Positions 19,173 through 29,052 are shown, counted from the stretch's first letter. The stretch: 64,000 bases of DNA from an uncultured bacterium (GCA_903885965.1 CAISKQ010000035.1:3926-67925), one strand, 5' to 3'. Translations and numbers: made by a program. Notes: a model not told the origin generated them from the sequence alone.

Positions 19173-20288
19173 ATGAAAATAGCTTTTGTTCATGATTATC
19201 TAGTACAACACGGGGGAGCCGAACGCGTCCTTGAGTGTTTTTTGGAAATTTATCCATACGCCCCGATTTATACAATCGTGCATAATAAAGAAGCTATGCA
19301 TGGTGCTTTTGAGGATAAGCGAATTTACACTTCATATTTGCAAAAAATGCCTTTTGTGAAAAATTGGCATCGAATTTTTCCATTGTTGATGCCGCCAGCC
19401 ATTGAGCAGTTTGATTTTTCCAGTTATGACGTAGTTGTTTCGGATTCTTCAAGTTATGCTAAAGGCATCATTACCCGTCCGGAAACTTTGCACATTTGCT
19501 ACATGCACACTCCGATGCGTTACGCCTGGGATGATTGTCAAAAATATACGCGAGATTTTTATTTCCCGCGTTTTGTTAAAAGCGTCATTCCATTTGCGAT
19601 GAACTATCTTCGTCTTTGGGACAGGGTTAGCGCCGACAGAGTCGATGTATTTGTAGCAAACTCAAATTTTGTGGCTAATCGAATAAAAAAATATTATCGA
19701 AAAAATGCTATCGTGATTCATCCACCTGTTGATACAAAAAGATTTTCTCCAGATGCCAGCATTGAAAAAGCTAAACCATATTTCTTGATGGTTGGCAGAC
19801 TAATCGCATATAAACGTCACGACATTACCATTAAAGCTTTTAATGAACTTGGTCTGACTTTGAAAATAATCGGACGCGGCCCGGAGCTCAAAAGACTTAA
19901 AAAAATAGCCAGACCGAATATTGAATTTTTAGGTCGAGTTGATGATGCGCAATTAAAAAAATATTATCTGGGTTGCCAAGGCGTTATTTTCCCCCAGGAG
20001 GAGGACTTTGGCATTGTGGCCATGGAAGCGCTTGCATGTGGCAAACCTCTTGTGGCATTTCGAGGAGGGGACATTCCTGAACACATGGAAGACCAAACTA
20101 TGGGCGTCTATTTTCAAGTACAAACTAGTCAAGCCATCATTGAAGCTGTGAAAAAATTTCAGACCTTATCTTTTGATCCCCAATATATTTCCAGCAAAGT
20201 CCAAAAGTTTAACCGTGAAATTTTCAAGGAAAGGATGAGGGGGATTATTGAGAACAAGCTCAGGGAGCACAAAACACGTAACGCATAA
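19173..20288 (+). CDS. Glycosyltransferase family 4
   Basis: HDYL..GGAERV, HTPMRYAWD, EEDFGIVAMEALACG. Confidence 0.93.
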   Translation: MKIAFVHDYLVQHGGAERVLECFLEIYPYAPIYTIVHNKEAMHGAFEDKRIYTSYLQKMPFVKNWHRIFPLLMPPAIEQFDFSSYDVVVSDSSSYAKGIITRPETLHICYMHTPMRYAWDDCQKYTRDFYFPRFVKSVIPFAMNYLRLWDRVSADRVDVFVANSNFVANRIKKYYRKNAIVIHPPVDTKRFSPDASIEKAKPYFLMVGRLIAYKRHDITIKAFNELGLTLKIIGRGPELKRLKKIARPNIEFLGRVDDAQLKKYYLGCQGVIFPQEEDFGIVAMEALACGKPLVAFRGGDIPEHMEDQTMGVYFQVQTSQAIIEAVKKFQTLSFDPQYISSKVQKFNREIFKERMRGIIENKLREHKTRNA

Positions 20289-20334
20289 TATGAAACATGA
20301 AGCATGAGGAATTCAATTCCTAATGTCTAATGCT

Positions 20335-20640
20335 GGGCAGGAATTTTATATTTTTGCATCCCTCTCCGCACATTGTGCAGTGCGTAGGCAAAAGACGAGT
20401 GATGAGCGTTAAGAAATTTTCAGCGAGCTTTTTCAGCAGAAAAAGTGCAGCGGGAATTTTAATTGGCTTTCAAAATCTTTGATTTTGTCCAGACAATATA
20501 TACCCGGAGGGTGAAGCGAAGAGTGAAGTCTTTGCCCCAGCAACGCCTGTCCGCCTTGGGCGGGAGCACGTGTCGGGATTTCCCTGCCTGCCGGTAGGCA
20601 AGTTTTGTAACTTTTCTTCTAAAAGAAAAATTAACCCTTA
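20335..20640. repeat. GC-richer structured intergenic element containing two short GC palindromes
   Basis: cctgtccgccttgggcggg (20546-20564), cctgcctgccggtaggcaag (20583-20602), ending ttttgtaacttttcttctaaaagaaaaatt. Confidence 0.45.
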
Positions 20641-20873
20641 ATTTTGGCAAATAAAAAGAGATGGGCACACAAGCGTTAAAAATTGCTTGATTGTAGCACC
20701 CTATTATACTCCTTTTCCGCCCAAAAGTCAAGACTACCGCAAAAGCGGGGGATGGTATATGGTTAACTAAAGACAAAAGGCATTGTTATATTGATACACT
20801 GTTACATTGTCAGGGATACAAAATAACAATGCGCATCTATAATAACAATATAGCAATGTAACAATTTAGCAAT

Positions 20874-22022
20874 ATGAGAGTAGGAGTAGACATCCGTTGT
20901 TTGGTGGAGGGAAAAAATACAGGCGTTGAAGAATACACGACAAACCTTTTGCATCGTCTTTTCGAGTTGGACTCGAAAAATAGCTACGTTTTGTTCATAA
21001 ATTCTTGGCGTCAGCCAAAGGCACAACTAGGACAATTTAAAAAATACAAAAATGTCAGCATCGGGCAATTTCACATTCCAAACAAACTTTTGAACCTGAG
21101 TTTGTGGTATTTTCATTGGCCTCACATCGACAAAATGCTTGGTGGCGTCGACACTTTTTGGATGCCAAATATCAATTTTGTGGCACTTTCCAACGAGGTT
21201 AAGTTTGTTTTAACTATCCATGATCTTTCGTTTGAAATTTTTTCGCAGACTTTTTCGCTCAAACGCAGACTTTGGCATCATTTCATCAATACGAGAGCTC
21301 TTTGCAAACGAGCAGACAAAATTATCGCTGTTTCTGATTCTTCCAAAAATGATATTGTTAGTTATTATGGCATTGATCAGACAAAAATTGAACGTATTTA
21401 TAATGCGGTGTCTGAAGATGTTGGACAATTGGATCGCAATGACCCACATTTAATGGCAGTGAAGGAGAAATATCATCTTCCGTTTAATTTTATTTTTTAT
21501 CTTGGTACAGTTGAACCACGCAAAAATATTCCCGCTATTGTAGCAGCCTTTGACCAGCTAAAATCTTTGCAAAATCCCCAATTAGAAAAATTCAAATTGG
21601 TAATCGCAGGGGGAAAGGGGTGGGGAGTTGAAAAAATTCTTTTCAAAATGCGCAACGCCAAGAGCACAAGCGACATAATTTTTACTAGTTGCGTTACCAA
21701 TGAGGATAAAGCGGCTGTGTATACCTTGGCGTCACTCTTTGTGTATCCTTCATTTTTTGAAGGCTTTGGTATTCCCGTTTTAGAAGCGATGCGTTGCGGG
21801 GTGCCAGTAATAACTTCAAATGTCTCCTCGCTGCCGGAAGTTGTTGGAGATGGCGCAATTATGATTAATCCTGACAATCCGAACGAGCTATTCTTAGCCA
21901 TGAAGGAGTTATTACTAGACAGGAATCTATATGAACAAGTAAAAAATAAGGGCATGCGTCAATCAATCAGGTTTAATTGGGTGACTTCAGCCCGGGAATT
22001 GTTGGTAATTTTGGGTAAATAG
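20874..22022 (+). CDS. Glycosyltransferase family 4
   Basis: TIHDL, GTVEPRKN, EGFGIPVLEAM.CG.PVITSN.SSLPEV. Confidence 0.95.
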   Translation: MRVGVDIRCLVEGKNTGVEEYTTNLLHRLFELDSKNSYVLFINSWRQPKAQLGQFKKYKNVSIGQFHIPNKLLNLSLWYFHWPHIDKMLGGVDTFWMPNINFVALSNEVKFVLTIHDLSFEIFSQTFSLKRRLWHHFINTRALCKRADKIIAVSDSSKNDIVSYYGIDQTKIERIYNAVSEDVGQLDRNDPHLMAVKEKYHLPFNFIFYLGTVEPRKNIPAIVAAFDQLKSLQNPQLEKFKLVIAGGKGWGVEKILFKMRNAKSTSDIIFTSCVTNEDKAAVYTLASLFVYPSFFEGFGIPVLEAMRCGVPVITSNVSSLPEVVGDGAIMINPDNPNELFLAMKELLLDRNLYEQVKNKGMRQSIRFNWVTSARELLVILGK

Positions 22023-22057
22023 ATTGATTTTTCCTATATTTGTGCTAAAGTTGAATC

Positions 22058-22597
22058 ATGCAAAAAAAGAAAATATATATTGAAATACAAATTCCAGACC
22101 CTGTTAAGCGTCGTTTGGCGAAAAAAATTGAGATGTGGGGTGATTTGCCAATCAAGTGGAACAAAGAGGATAGTCTGCATTTGACTGTTTCTTTTGTTGG
22201 CTATGTAGATGAAAGTGTCATTCCGGAAATCTGTGCAAAGGTTAGTGAAGCAGTTGAAAACATTGAATCTTTTGATTTAGAGCTGACAAAAATTGTGCTA
22301 AGTCCAGATATTAATGACCCCAGGATGGTTATTCTTAGTGGTGAGGTTAGCAATGAGCTTGGGAATTTACATGGGGCTGTTCAAGACGCACTCGGCATGA
22401 AAACGCAGCAATACAAGCAATTTAGACCAAATTTAATGCTTGGAAAAATCAGAAAAGAAAAATGGGATCAACTTGCTGAAAAACCGGTTTTTGATGAAAA
22501 AGTTCACATTATTGTCCCAGTTGACTATGTGAGTGTAATGGAAAGCAAGGGCGGTGGCGCAGCATATGTTTCACTCGAGGATTGCCCATTAGGATAG
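22058..22597 (+). CDS. 2H phosphoesterase (ThpR/LigT-like), second HxT motif degenerate
   Basis: LHLTVSFVG first motif; second position reads FRPNLMLG instead of FxPHxT. Confidence 0.8.
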   Translation: MQKKKIYIEIQIPDPVKRRLAKKIEMWGDLPIKWNKEDSLHLTVSFVGYVDESVIPEICAKVSEAVENIESFDLELTKIVLSPDINDPRMVILSGEVSNELGNLHGAVQDALGMKTQQYKQFRPNLMLGKIRKEKWDQLAEKPVFDEKVHIIVPVDYVSVMESKGGGAAYVSLEDCPLG

Positions 22598-22704
22598 AAC
22601 ATGTAATACCAACTTAACTTAATTAGTTGTAGTTTGCTATCCCAGAGCTTAGCTCCGTCCCAATATAACACTAATTTAGTTAATTCGGTATAACATGTAA
22701 CATA

Positions 22705-23442
22705 ATGAGAATACTTGGTGTTAGAATTGATAATCTTAGCAAAAAAGAAATTCTTGAAAAGATAGAATTTTTTTTGATTGAAGAAAAATTCCATCAAATT
22801 GCAACCGTAAATCCAGAGTTTATTTTGGCTGCGCAAGCAGATGCTGACTTTCGGAAAATATTAAATGATTGCGACTTGAATGTTGCAGATGGAGTTGGAA
22901 TTTGGTATGCATTTTTGAGATTCGGAAAATTTTTACAGGGCAGATTTGCCGGAGTTGATCTTCTGGCTGAAATTTTGCAAATTGCCAGTGAAAAAAAATT
23001 AAGTATTTTTCTAGCAATTAGCAAAGATGGTCTCAGCTCATTTGCTGAAATTAAATCTATAATTCAAAAAAAATATCCAGATTTAAAAATTGAAGGAGCT
23101 GATATTGGGATAAATAAGCAGTCATCAGTCATCAATCATCATGGCATGAAGTCCAATAGTCAATTTAAAATAAATGATTGTGACATATTAATTTGCAATT
23201 TCGGTGCACCGTGGCAAGAAAGGTTTATTAAAAACGTAAAAAGTGCTAAAATAAGATTAGCCATAGGGGTTGGCGGTAGTTTTGATTTTCTCACTGGCAA
23301 AATTGCGCGTGCTCCAATCTGGTTACGAAAAGTTGGACTTGAATGGCTGTGGCGTTTTGCTCAAGAACCAGTTTACAGAAGTAAAAGAATCTTTAAGGCA
23401 GTAATAATTTTTCCTATTAAGATATTATTTTCAAAAAAATGA
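22705..23442 (+). CDS. WecB/TagA/CpsF family glycosyltransferase
   Basis: TVNPEF, ADGVG, GAPWQE, GVGGSFDF, GLEWLWR. Confidence 0.93.
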   Translation: MRILGVRIDNLSKKEILEKIEFFLIEEKFHQIATVNPEFILAAQADADFRKILNDCDLNVADGVGIWYAFLRFGKFLQGRFAGVDLLAEILQIASEKKLSIFLAISKDGLSSFAEIKSIIQKKYPDLKIEGADIGINKQSSVINHHGMKSNSQFKINDCDILICNFGAPWQERFIKNVKSAKIRLAIGVGGSFDFLTGKIARAPIWLRKVGLEWLWRFAQEPVYRSKRIFKAVIIFPIKILFSKK

Positions 23443-25079
23443 CAAATCAAGAAAAAAAAATTAGAGTGCGTTTTGCACCATCTCCGACTGGGTATTTGCA
23501 TATTGGTGGCCTGCGAACGGCACTTTATAACTATCTTTTTGCCAGAAAACATGAAGGAGTTTTTGCTCTTCGAATTGAAGACACGGACCAGAAAAGATTC
23601 GTTGCCGGTGCAGTTGAAAATCTCATCAAGGCACTTGAGCAAATGGGATTAAACTGGGATGAGGGCGTTTTTGAAGACGCTCAAATCCAAAATATCAAAT
23701 CAGCCAAAAAAGAAAACTCAAAAACATATCCTGGCATAATTGAAGCTGGTGAATTTGGGCCGTATGTTCAATCTGAAAGACTAGAGCTTTACAAAAAATA
23801 TGCCGAGCAATTGGTTTCAGACGGGAAGGCTTATTATTGTTTTTGCGATTCAATCAGACTGGAAGAAATGCGCGAAAAGCAGCAAAAAGAAAAACTTCCA
23901 CCGATGTACGACCGTTATTGTTTAGATACTCTAACTCCAGAGGAAGTTGCTAAGAAATTGGAAACAAAAATTCCAGTAACTATTCGTTTGAAAGTTCCCA
24001 AAAATGAAGTTATAGAATTTGAAGACATTGTACGTGGCAAGGTAAAATTTAATACTGATAACATTGACGACCAAGTTTTGTTCAAGTCTGATGGTTTTCC
24101 AACCTATCATTTGGCGAGCGTTGTTGATGATCATCTGATGGAAATTACACAGGTTATTCGTGGCGAAGAATGGCTGCCAAGCACTCCAAAGCATATCTTG
24201 CTTTATCGCGCCTTTGGTTGGCAAGAGCCTGACTTTGCCCATATTCCACTCCTGCTCAACGCTGATAAATCAAAACTTTCCAAAAGGCAAGGAGACGTGG
24301 CAGTGGAAGATTATCTTAAAAAGGGATATCTAAAAGAAGCAGTCATTAATTTCGTAGCTATGCTTGGTTGGAATGAGGGGGAGGGAAGTGTGCAAGAAAT
24401 TTTTTCAATGGAAGAGCTTATCCAAAAATTTGATTTGAAAAAAGTTCACAAGGCCGGAGCAGTTTTTGACATAAAAAAATTAGATTGGATTAATGGCCAA
24501 TATATTAAAAAAATTCCAGTCGAGCAATTATATTCAAATGTGATAGTATTTCTTGCAGAAAAGGATTATTTTAAAATATGGAGTGCTGAACATGAGGCTT
24601 GGAATGAAACAGAAAAAGAAGAATACATCAAAAGGGTATTAACCATCGAGCAGGACAGACTTCAGAATCTATCCCAAGTTGGAGATGAAAACGAGTTCTT
24701 TTTCAGGGATATAAATTTCGACAAAAAGTTGTTATATTGGAAGGAAATGTCGAAAGAGAAACTTAATTACTCGCTGGAACATTCAATGGAGATTTTAAGT
24801 GATATTGACTGGGAAAACCAAGCTCCTGATATCGCAATTAACATCATAAATACAGCTCTTAATAAGGATCTTGAAGTCAGCAATACTATTAATCTGGTAA
24901 ATCCTGAATTAGATGAAAACAACAATGAACTGCATAAATTAAGTGTTGGAGAATTGTATTGGCCATTACGTGTAGCTTTAACAGGGCAACAAAAATCGCC
25001 ATCGCCTGCTGACTGCGCCTGGGTTCTTGGAAAAAAAGAAACTCTCAGGAGAATCGAAAATGCTTTGAGTAGTTTGTAA
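23439..25079 (+). CDS. gltX: Glutamate--tRNA ligase
   Basis: RFAPSPTGYLHIGG, RIEDTD, KLSKR, VIRGEEW. Confidence 0.98.
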   Translation: MTNQEKKIRVRFAPSPTGYLHIGGLRTALYNYLFARKHEGVFALRIEDTDQKRFVAGAVENLIKALEQMGLNWDEGVFEDAQIQNIKSAKKENSKTYPGIIEAGEFGPYVQSERLELYKKYAEQLVSDGKAYYCFCDSIRLEEMREKQQKEKLPPMYDRYCLDTLTPEEVAKKLETKIPVTIRLKVPKNEVIEFEDIVRGKVKFNTDNIDDQVLFKSDGFPTYHLASVVDDHLMEITQVIRGEEWLPSTPKHILLYRAFGWQEPDFAHIPLLLNADKSKLSKRQGDVAVEDYLKKGYLKEAVINFVAMLGWNEGEGSVQEIFSMEELIQKFDLKKVHKAGAVFDIKKLDWINGQYIKKIPVEQLYSNVIVFLAEKDYFKIWSAEHEAWNETEKEEYIKRVLTIEQDRLQNLSQVGDENEFFFRDINFDKKLLYWKEMSKEKLNYSLEHSMEILSDIDWENQAPDIAINIINTALNKDLEVSNTINLVNPELDENNNELHKLSVGELYWPLRVALTGQQKSPSPADCAWVLGKKETLRRIENALSSL

Positions 25080-25106
25080 CTGCAGAGAATTTTTTATCAA
25101 AAAAAT

Positions 25107-26429
25107 ATGTCAAGCGCAAAAAATAAAAAAACAAAAAATAACATCACTAAACTTGCTTTTCGAGGTAGTATTTTTTTGGCGATTGTATTTTTTGCAGTAA
25201 TCTCAAAAGAAAGAGCCGCTGCTACGGACACGACCATTCCTGTCACCAGCGATGCACAAGCAAAAATTAATGAACTTAACAGTCGAGCTGCTATCTATCG
25301 TCAAATTATTGACATCAAGAAAAAACAAAGCGAAACATTGGGAACCAAGATTTCTTCAATGAATTCAACTATTCAAGATGTGAAAGCTCAAATACGAGAT
25401 ACTGGAAGCCAAATTGATGATCTTAATGCTCAAATTGCAAAGCTTGAAAGCCAAATCAATGAAAAAAAAGCACTCATAGTCTCAAATAAGGAAGTGCTGA
25501 CTCAAATGATTCAGTCATATTATCAAATTAGTCAAACAAGTCCTGTTGCAATATATCTTTCAGATGACACTCTGGCATCATTCATGGTTAACGAGGATCG
25601 CATTTCTCAAACTGGAGACAAGATAAATCAAATGATTGAAACACTTAAAGATTTGAAAGCCAAAATTCAAGTTCAGAGCGATGAATTAGCAGGCAGAAAA
25701 GCTGACGTAGTCAGTGCTCATCAGGATTTACAAAGCAAAAGTGATAACTTTGAATCAATAAAGAAGCAGCAAACAGCGCTTTTAGTGCAAACACAAGGTG
25801 AGCAAGCTCAGTATTCGCAACTACTCAAAAATATCCAAGAACAGAAAGCTCAATTGTTGGATATTGACCAATTTTTTGCAGCTAGCGGTTTATCAGCATC
25901 ATCATATCCGAAACCAGATTCAAAATATTTCGCATCTACTAGCTGGTATTTTTCACAGTGGGATTCTAAGTGGGGAAATATGACAATTGGAAAAACAAAA
26001 ACATTGATGAAAAGTTATGGATGCGCCGTCACCGCAGTAGCTATGGTTTTCAAAGAACACGGTGGCTCAATTACTCCTGGCATGCTTGCAAAGGAATCAA
26101 TATTTTCAGGAGATCTTATTAATTGGCCAGCCACCTGGAATAGCCCTAAGTTAAGCTTGAGTAATGACGGAAAATCACACAAAAATATTGATTGGTCAAT
26201 TATCGATACTCAAATTGCTAAAAATATTCCTGTGATTGTATATATCGGGAAATCAAACGGATCAGGTGGTCATTATGTGGTGATTCATCATAAGGATTCA
26301 AATGGAAAATATGTTGTCCATGATCCATATTTTGGAGCTAATATTTTCCTGGACACCTCCAGAGCTCTTATTGGCGCTATGGGCTCAAGTGGTTCTACCT
26401 ATGTCGATCAGATGATTATTTATAACTAG
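25107..26429 (+). CDS. Exported coiled-coil protein with C-terminal C39-like cysteine peptidase
   Basis: Signal/TM, long heptad region, SQWD.KW, GCAVTAVAM (Cys), GHYVVI (His), HDPY (Asp). Confidence 0.85.
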   Translation: MSSAKNKKTKNNITKLAFRGSIFLAIVFFAVISKERAAATDTTIPVTSDAQAKINELNSRAAIYRQIIDIKKKQSETLGTKISSMNSTIQDVKAQIRDTGSQIDDLNAQIAKLESQINEKKALIVSNKEVLTQMIQSYYQISQTSPVAIYLSDDTLASFMVNEDRISQTGDKINQMIETLKDLKAKIQVQSDELAGRKADVVSAHQDLQSKSDNFESIKKQQTALLVQTQGEQAQYSQLLKNIQEQKAQLLDIDQFFAASGLSASSYPKPDSKYFASTSWYFSQWDSKWGNMTIGKTKTLMKSYGCAVTAVAMVFKEHGGSITPGMLAKESIFSGDLINWPATWNSPKLSLSNDGKSHKNIDWSIIDTQIAKNIPVIVYIGKSNGSGGHYVVIHHKDSNGKYVVHDPYFGANIFLDTSRALIGAMGSSGSTYVDQMIIYN

Positions 26430-26478
26430 GCGGATGGTACTTTATATATATGACAGTCTTTTGATAATTAGTTATTTT

Positions 26479-26507
26479 AAAATACCCAATATGCTTGGGT
26501 ATTTTTT
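26479..26507 (+). terminator. Intrinsic terminator
   Basis: AAAATACCCAA-tatgc-TTGGGTATTTTTT. Confidence 0.8.
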
Positions 26508-27256
26508 GTTGTCACATTTTTAGATGTAAAAGGTTGTGCGACACTAAAGTGGGTAAGTCATTGAGAAGAGGTGGTTGTATTTTCTGAATCCTAATCATGG
26601 CCGTAAGTTGCATTTGAAAGCGGTATTAATTTGAGATTTCCAATTGCTTTGATATGTGCTTAATTAAATCTATCATGCGCATATGTAAATTGGATTTTGT
26701 CGAAAAATATTTTTTTTAAAAATAATTATAAATATAATTACAAATTTGAATTTCATTGGCAAAATTTTAGATGATCCAAATCATTGAATTAGCTATATAT
26801 TTATCCTTAGAATAGCTTTTGCATAAAATGTGATACTTGAGTACCAAAAATGAATTATATGTCAGCAAAGGGTCAATATTTGGACCAAAAATAGCTAAAA
26901 ATCACCCAAAAAGACGCTCAAAATAATGGCTTATCTGAGCCAAAAAACGACGCTCAAAATTGACCTGCAAGGGGCCTTGGATTGAGAAGTGATACACTTA
27001 TACCACTACATATGGCTTATTTAAAGCTCAATTTTGGCCTAGGCATAATATTGATAAAAATATAAAAAGAAAGGGATATAGGTTAAGGAAATAAATAGAA
27101 AGCGAGCTAAATCTGAACTATTAATGGGTATGTAGGTGAGTGGGTAGTTACTGATGTATAAGTAGCTATATTATTGTAAACAGTTAAAGCTTCGAAGATG
27201 TGGTAGCATCTGTAAAATTGAATAATGCTTAGTAGGGACGCAGTTAAATTAATACT

Positions 27257-27284
27257 ATGTCGTGAAAGATATATTGTGCGACGT
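27257..27284. other. Candidate chromosomal dif-like site
   Basis: ATGTCGTGAAA-GATATA-TTGTGCGACGT, 11-6-11 with 7/11 arm symmetry, at the gene-orientation switch. Confidence 0.45.
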
Positions 27285-27323
27285 TGTCTATAAAAACAAA
27301 ATAACAGTCACCTAACCCATTAG

Positions 27324-27710
27324 TTATTTTTTGTCTTGATAATTTTTAATGGCGGCATGCAAAGCATCAGCGGCAAGGTTACTGCAATGCATTTTTGCCG
27401 ACGGAAGACCACCCAACTCTTCAGCAACGCTTTTATTGGTGATGGCAAGTGCTTGCGAAATTGTCTTTCCTTTTGCTAGATCAGTAGTCATTGAGGAGGT
27501 TGAAATTGCTGCTCCACAGCCTAGTGTTTCAAATTTAACATCTTTAATTATTTCTTGCCCTTTTTTGTCTTTTTTAACCTTAATATAAAGACGCATAATG
27601 TCTCCACATTTTGGATTACCGACGGTTCCAATGCCATCAGCATTTTTAATTTTTCCCTGATTGTGAGGACGCGTAAAGTGCTCCATCACTTTTTTGGTGT
27701 ATTTTTGCAT
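27324..27710 (-). CDS. iscU: Fe-S cluster scaffold IscU/NifU
   Basis: GNPKCGD, GCGAAIS, LP..KMHCSNLA. Confidence 0.95.
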   Translation of the reverse strand: MQKYTKKVMEHFTRPHNQGKIKNADGIGTVGNPKCGDIMRLYIKVKKDKKGQEIIKDVKFETLGCGAAISTSSMTTDLAKGKTISQALAITNKSVAEELGGLPSAKMHCSNLAADALHAAIKNYQDKK

Positions 27711-27717
27711 ATGTTTC

Positions 27718-27825
27718 TACGAATTACGAATTTTTACGAATGTACTAAGATGAAATAAATTATAGATTATTTTTTAACTGAAAACGAATCGAATTCGTAC
27801 ATTCGTACTCATTCGTAATTCGTAG
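27718..27825. repeat. Inverted degenerate TACGAA-repeat arrays
   Basis: tacgaattacgaatttttacgaatgtac ... attcgtacattcgtactcattcgtaattcgtag. Confidence 0.8.
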
Positions 27826-27828
27826 TGA

Positions 27829-29052
27829 TTACCTAAAGTCTGCTAATACGTTACCGGATATTTTTCGAAGACGTTTTACGACTTCCTTAGTTTTAGTGAT
27901 AACGATATCCAACTCTTTCTTTGTGGTGTGCTTGCCAATTGTCAGTCTTAAACTTCCATGAGCTTGTTCATGTTTGAGTCCGAGTGAAAGCAGGACGTGT
28001 GATGGATCGAGCGCTCCAGATGAGCAAGCAGAGCCTGTGGATGCTGCAATTCCATCCAAATCAAGTGAGAGGATTAAGCCTTCGCCTTCAACATCGTCAA
28101 AACGAAAGTTAGCATTATTGGGAGATCTTTTCTCGGCAGAGCCATTAAGATATGACTTAGGAATTTCTTTCAAGACCTTCTTGATAAGATAATCCCGCAA
28201 TGCGGTTATTTCTTTGATATCTTTTTGCGTGGCTGGCGTTTTGATGGCGTTAATTGCTTGTCCCAAACCAACGATTCCTGGCACATTATGGGTTCCGGCG
28301 CGCATTTTGTATTCCTGGTCTCCACCATCCTGAATGCGCTTAATTGGAGTTCCTTTGCGAACATACAAAAGACCAACTCCTTTGGGTCCATAAATCTTGT
28401 GCGCTGACATTGAAAGCAAGTCGACTCCGATTTCATCAACATCGCAATTAAAATAATTGATTGCCTGTGTGGCATCAGTATGAAAAGAAATCCTTGGTAA
28501 TTTTTCCGTCGCTCGCTCAATGTTAATTTTTTTGAGTAATTTTCCGATTTCAGCAATTGGTTGAACAGTGCCAATTTCATTATTTACATACATCACGGAA
28601 ATCAAGATGGTATTGGCAGTAATAGCTGCCTTGATGTCTTTAACTGAGATAAGTCCTTCTTTGTTAGGAGAAATAAAGGTAACATCGGCAAGTCCATCTT
28701 TTTGGGCAAATTTGCATGCATCAAGTACGCAGTGATGTTCAAAAGCGGTAGTGATAATGTGAGGTTTCTCAGTTACCTTTCTAGTAATAGAATTATACGA
28801 ACGCAAACTCCCCTTTACAACTAAATTATTACTTTCAGTTGCGCCTGAAGTGAAAATAATTTCAGAAGGACTGGAGCGAAAAAATAAAGCTGCTTTTGCT
28901 CGAGCGTCATCTACTGCCTCCAGCGCCTCTTGCCCAAAACCATGCACACTCATAGCGTTACCAAAATTTTCGGAAAAATATGGCAGCATAGCCTCTAAAA
29001 CTTTTTTATCCACTGGTGTGGTGGCAGCGTAGTCTAAATATATTTTTTTCAT
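27829..29052 (-). CDS. iscS: Cysteine desulfurase IscS/NifS
   Basis: YLDYAATTP, SGATESNN, SAHKIYGPKG, STGSACSS. Confidence 0.96.
   Translation of the reverse strand: MKKIYLDYAATTPVDKKVLEAMLPYFSENFGNAMSVHGFGQEALEAVDDARAKAALFFRSSPSEIIFTSGATESNNLVVKGSLRSYNSITRKVTEKPHIITTAFEHHCVLDACKFAQKDGLADVTFISPNKEGLISVKDIKAAITANTILISVMYVNNEIGTVQPIAEIGKLLKKINIERATEKLPRISFHTDATQAINYFNCDVDEIGVDLLSMSAHKIYGPKGVGLLYVRKGTPIKRIQDGGDQEYKMRAGTHNVPGIVGLGQAINAIKTPATQKDIKEITALRDYLIKKVLKEIPKSYLNGSAEKRSPNNANFRFDDVEGEGLILSLDLDGIAASTGSACSSGALDPSHVLLSLGLKHEQAHGSLRLTIGKHTTKKELDIVITKTKEVVKRLRKISGNVLADFR

Noticed and set aside
20459-20776. 105-aa minus-strand ORF
   Set aside because: Runs through palindromic repeats against local gene orientation and has no recognisable motif
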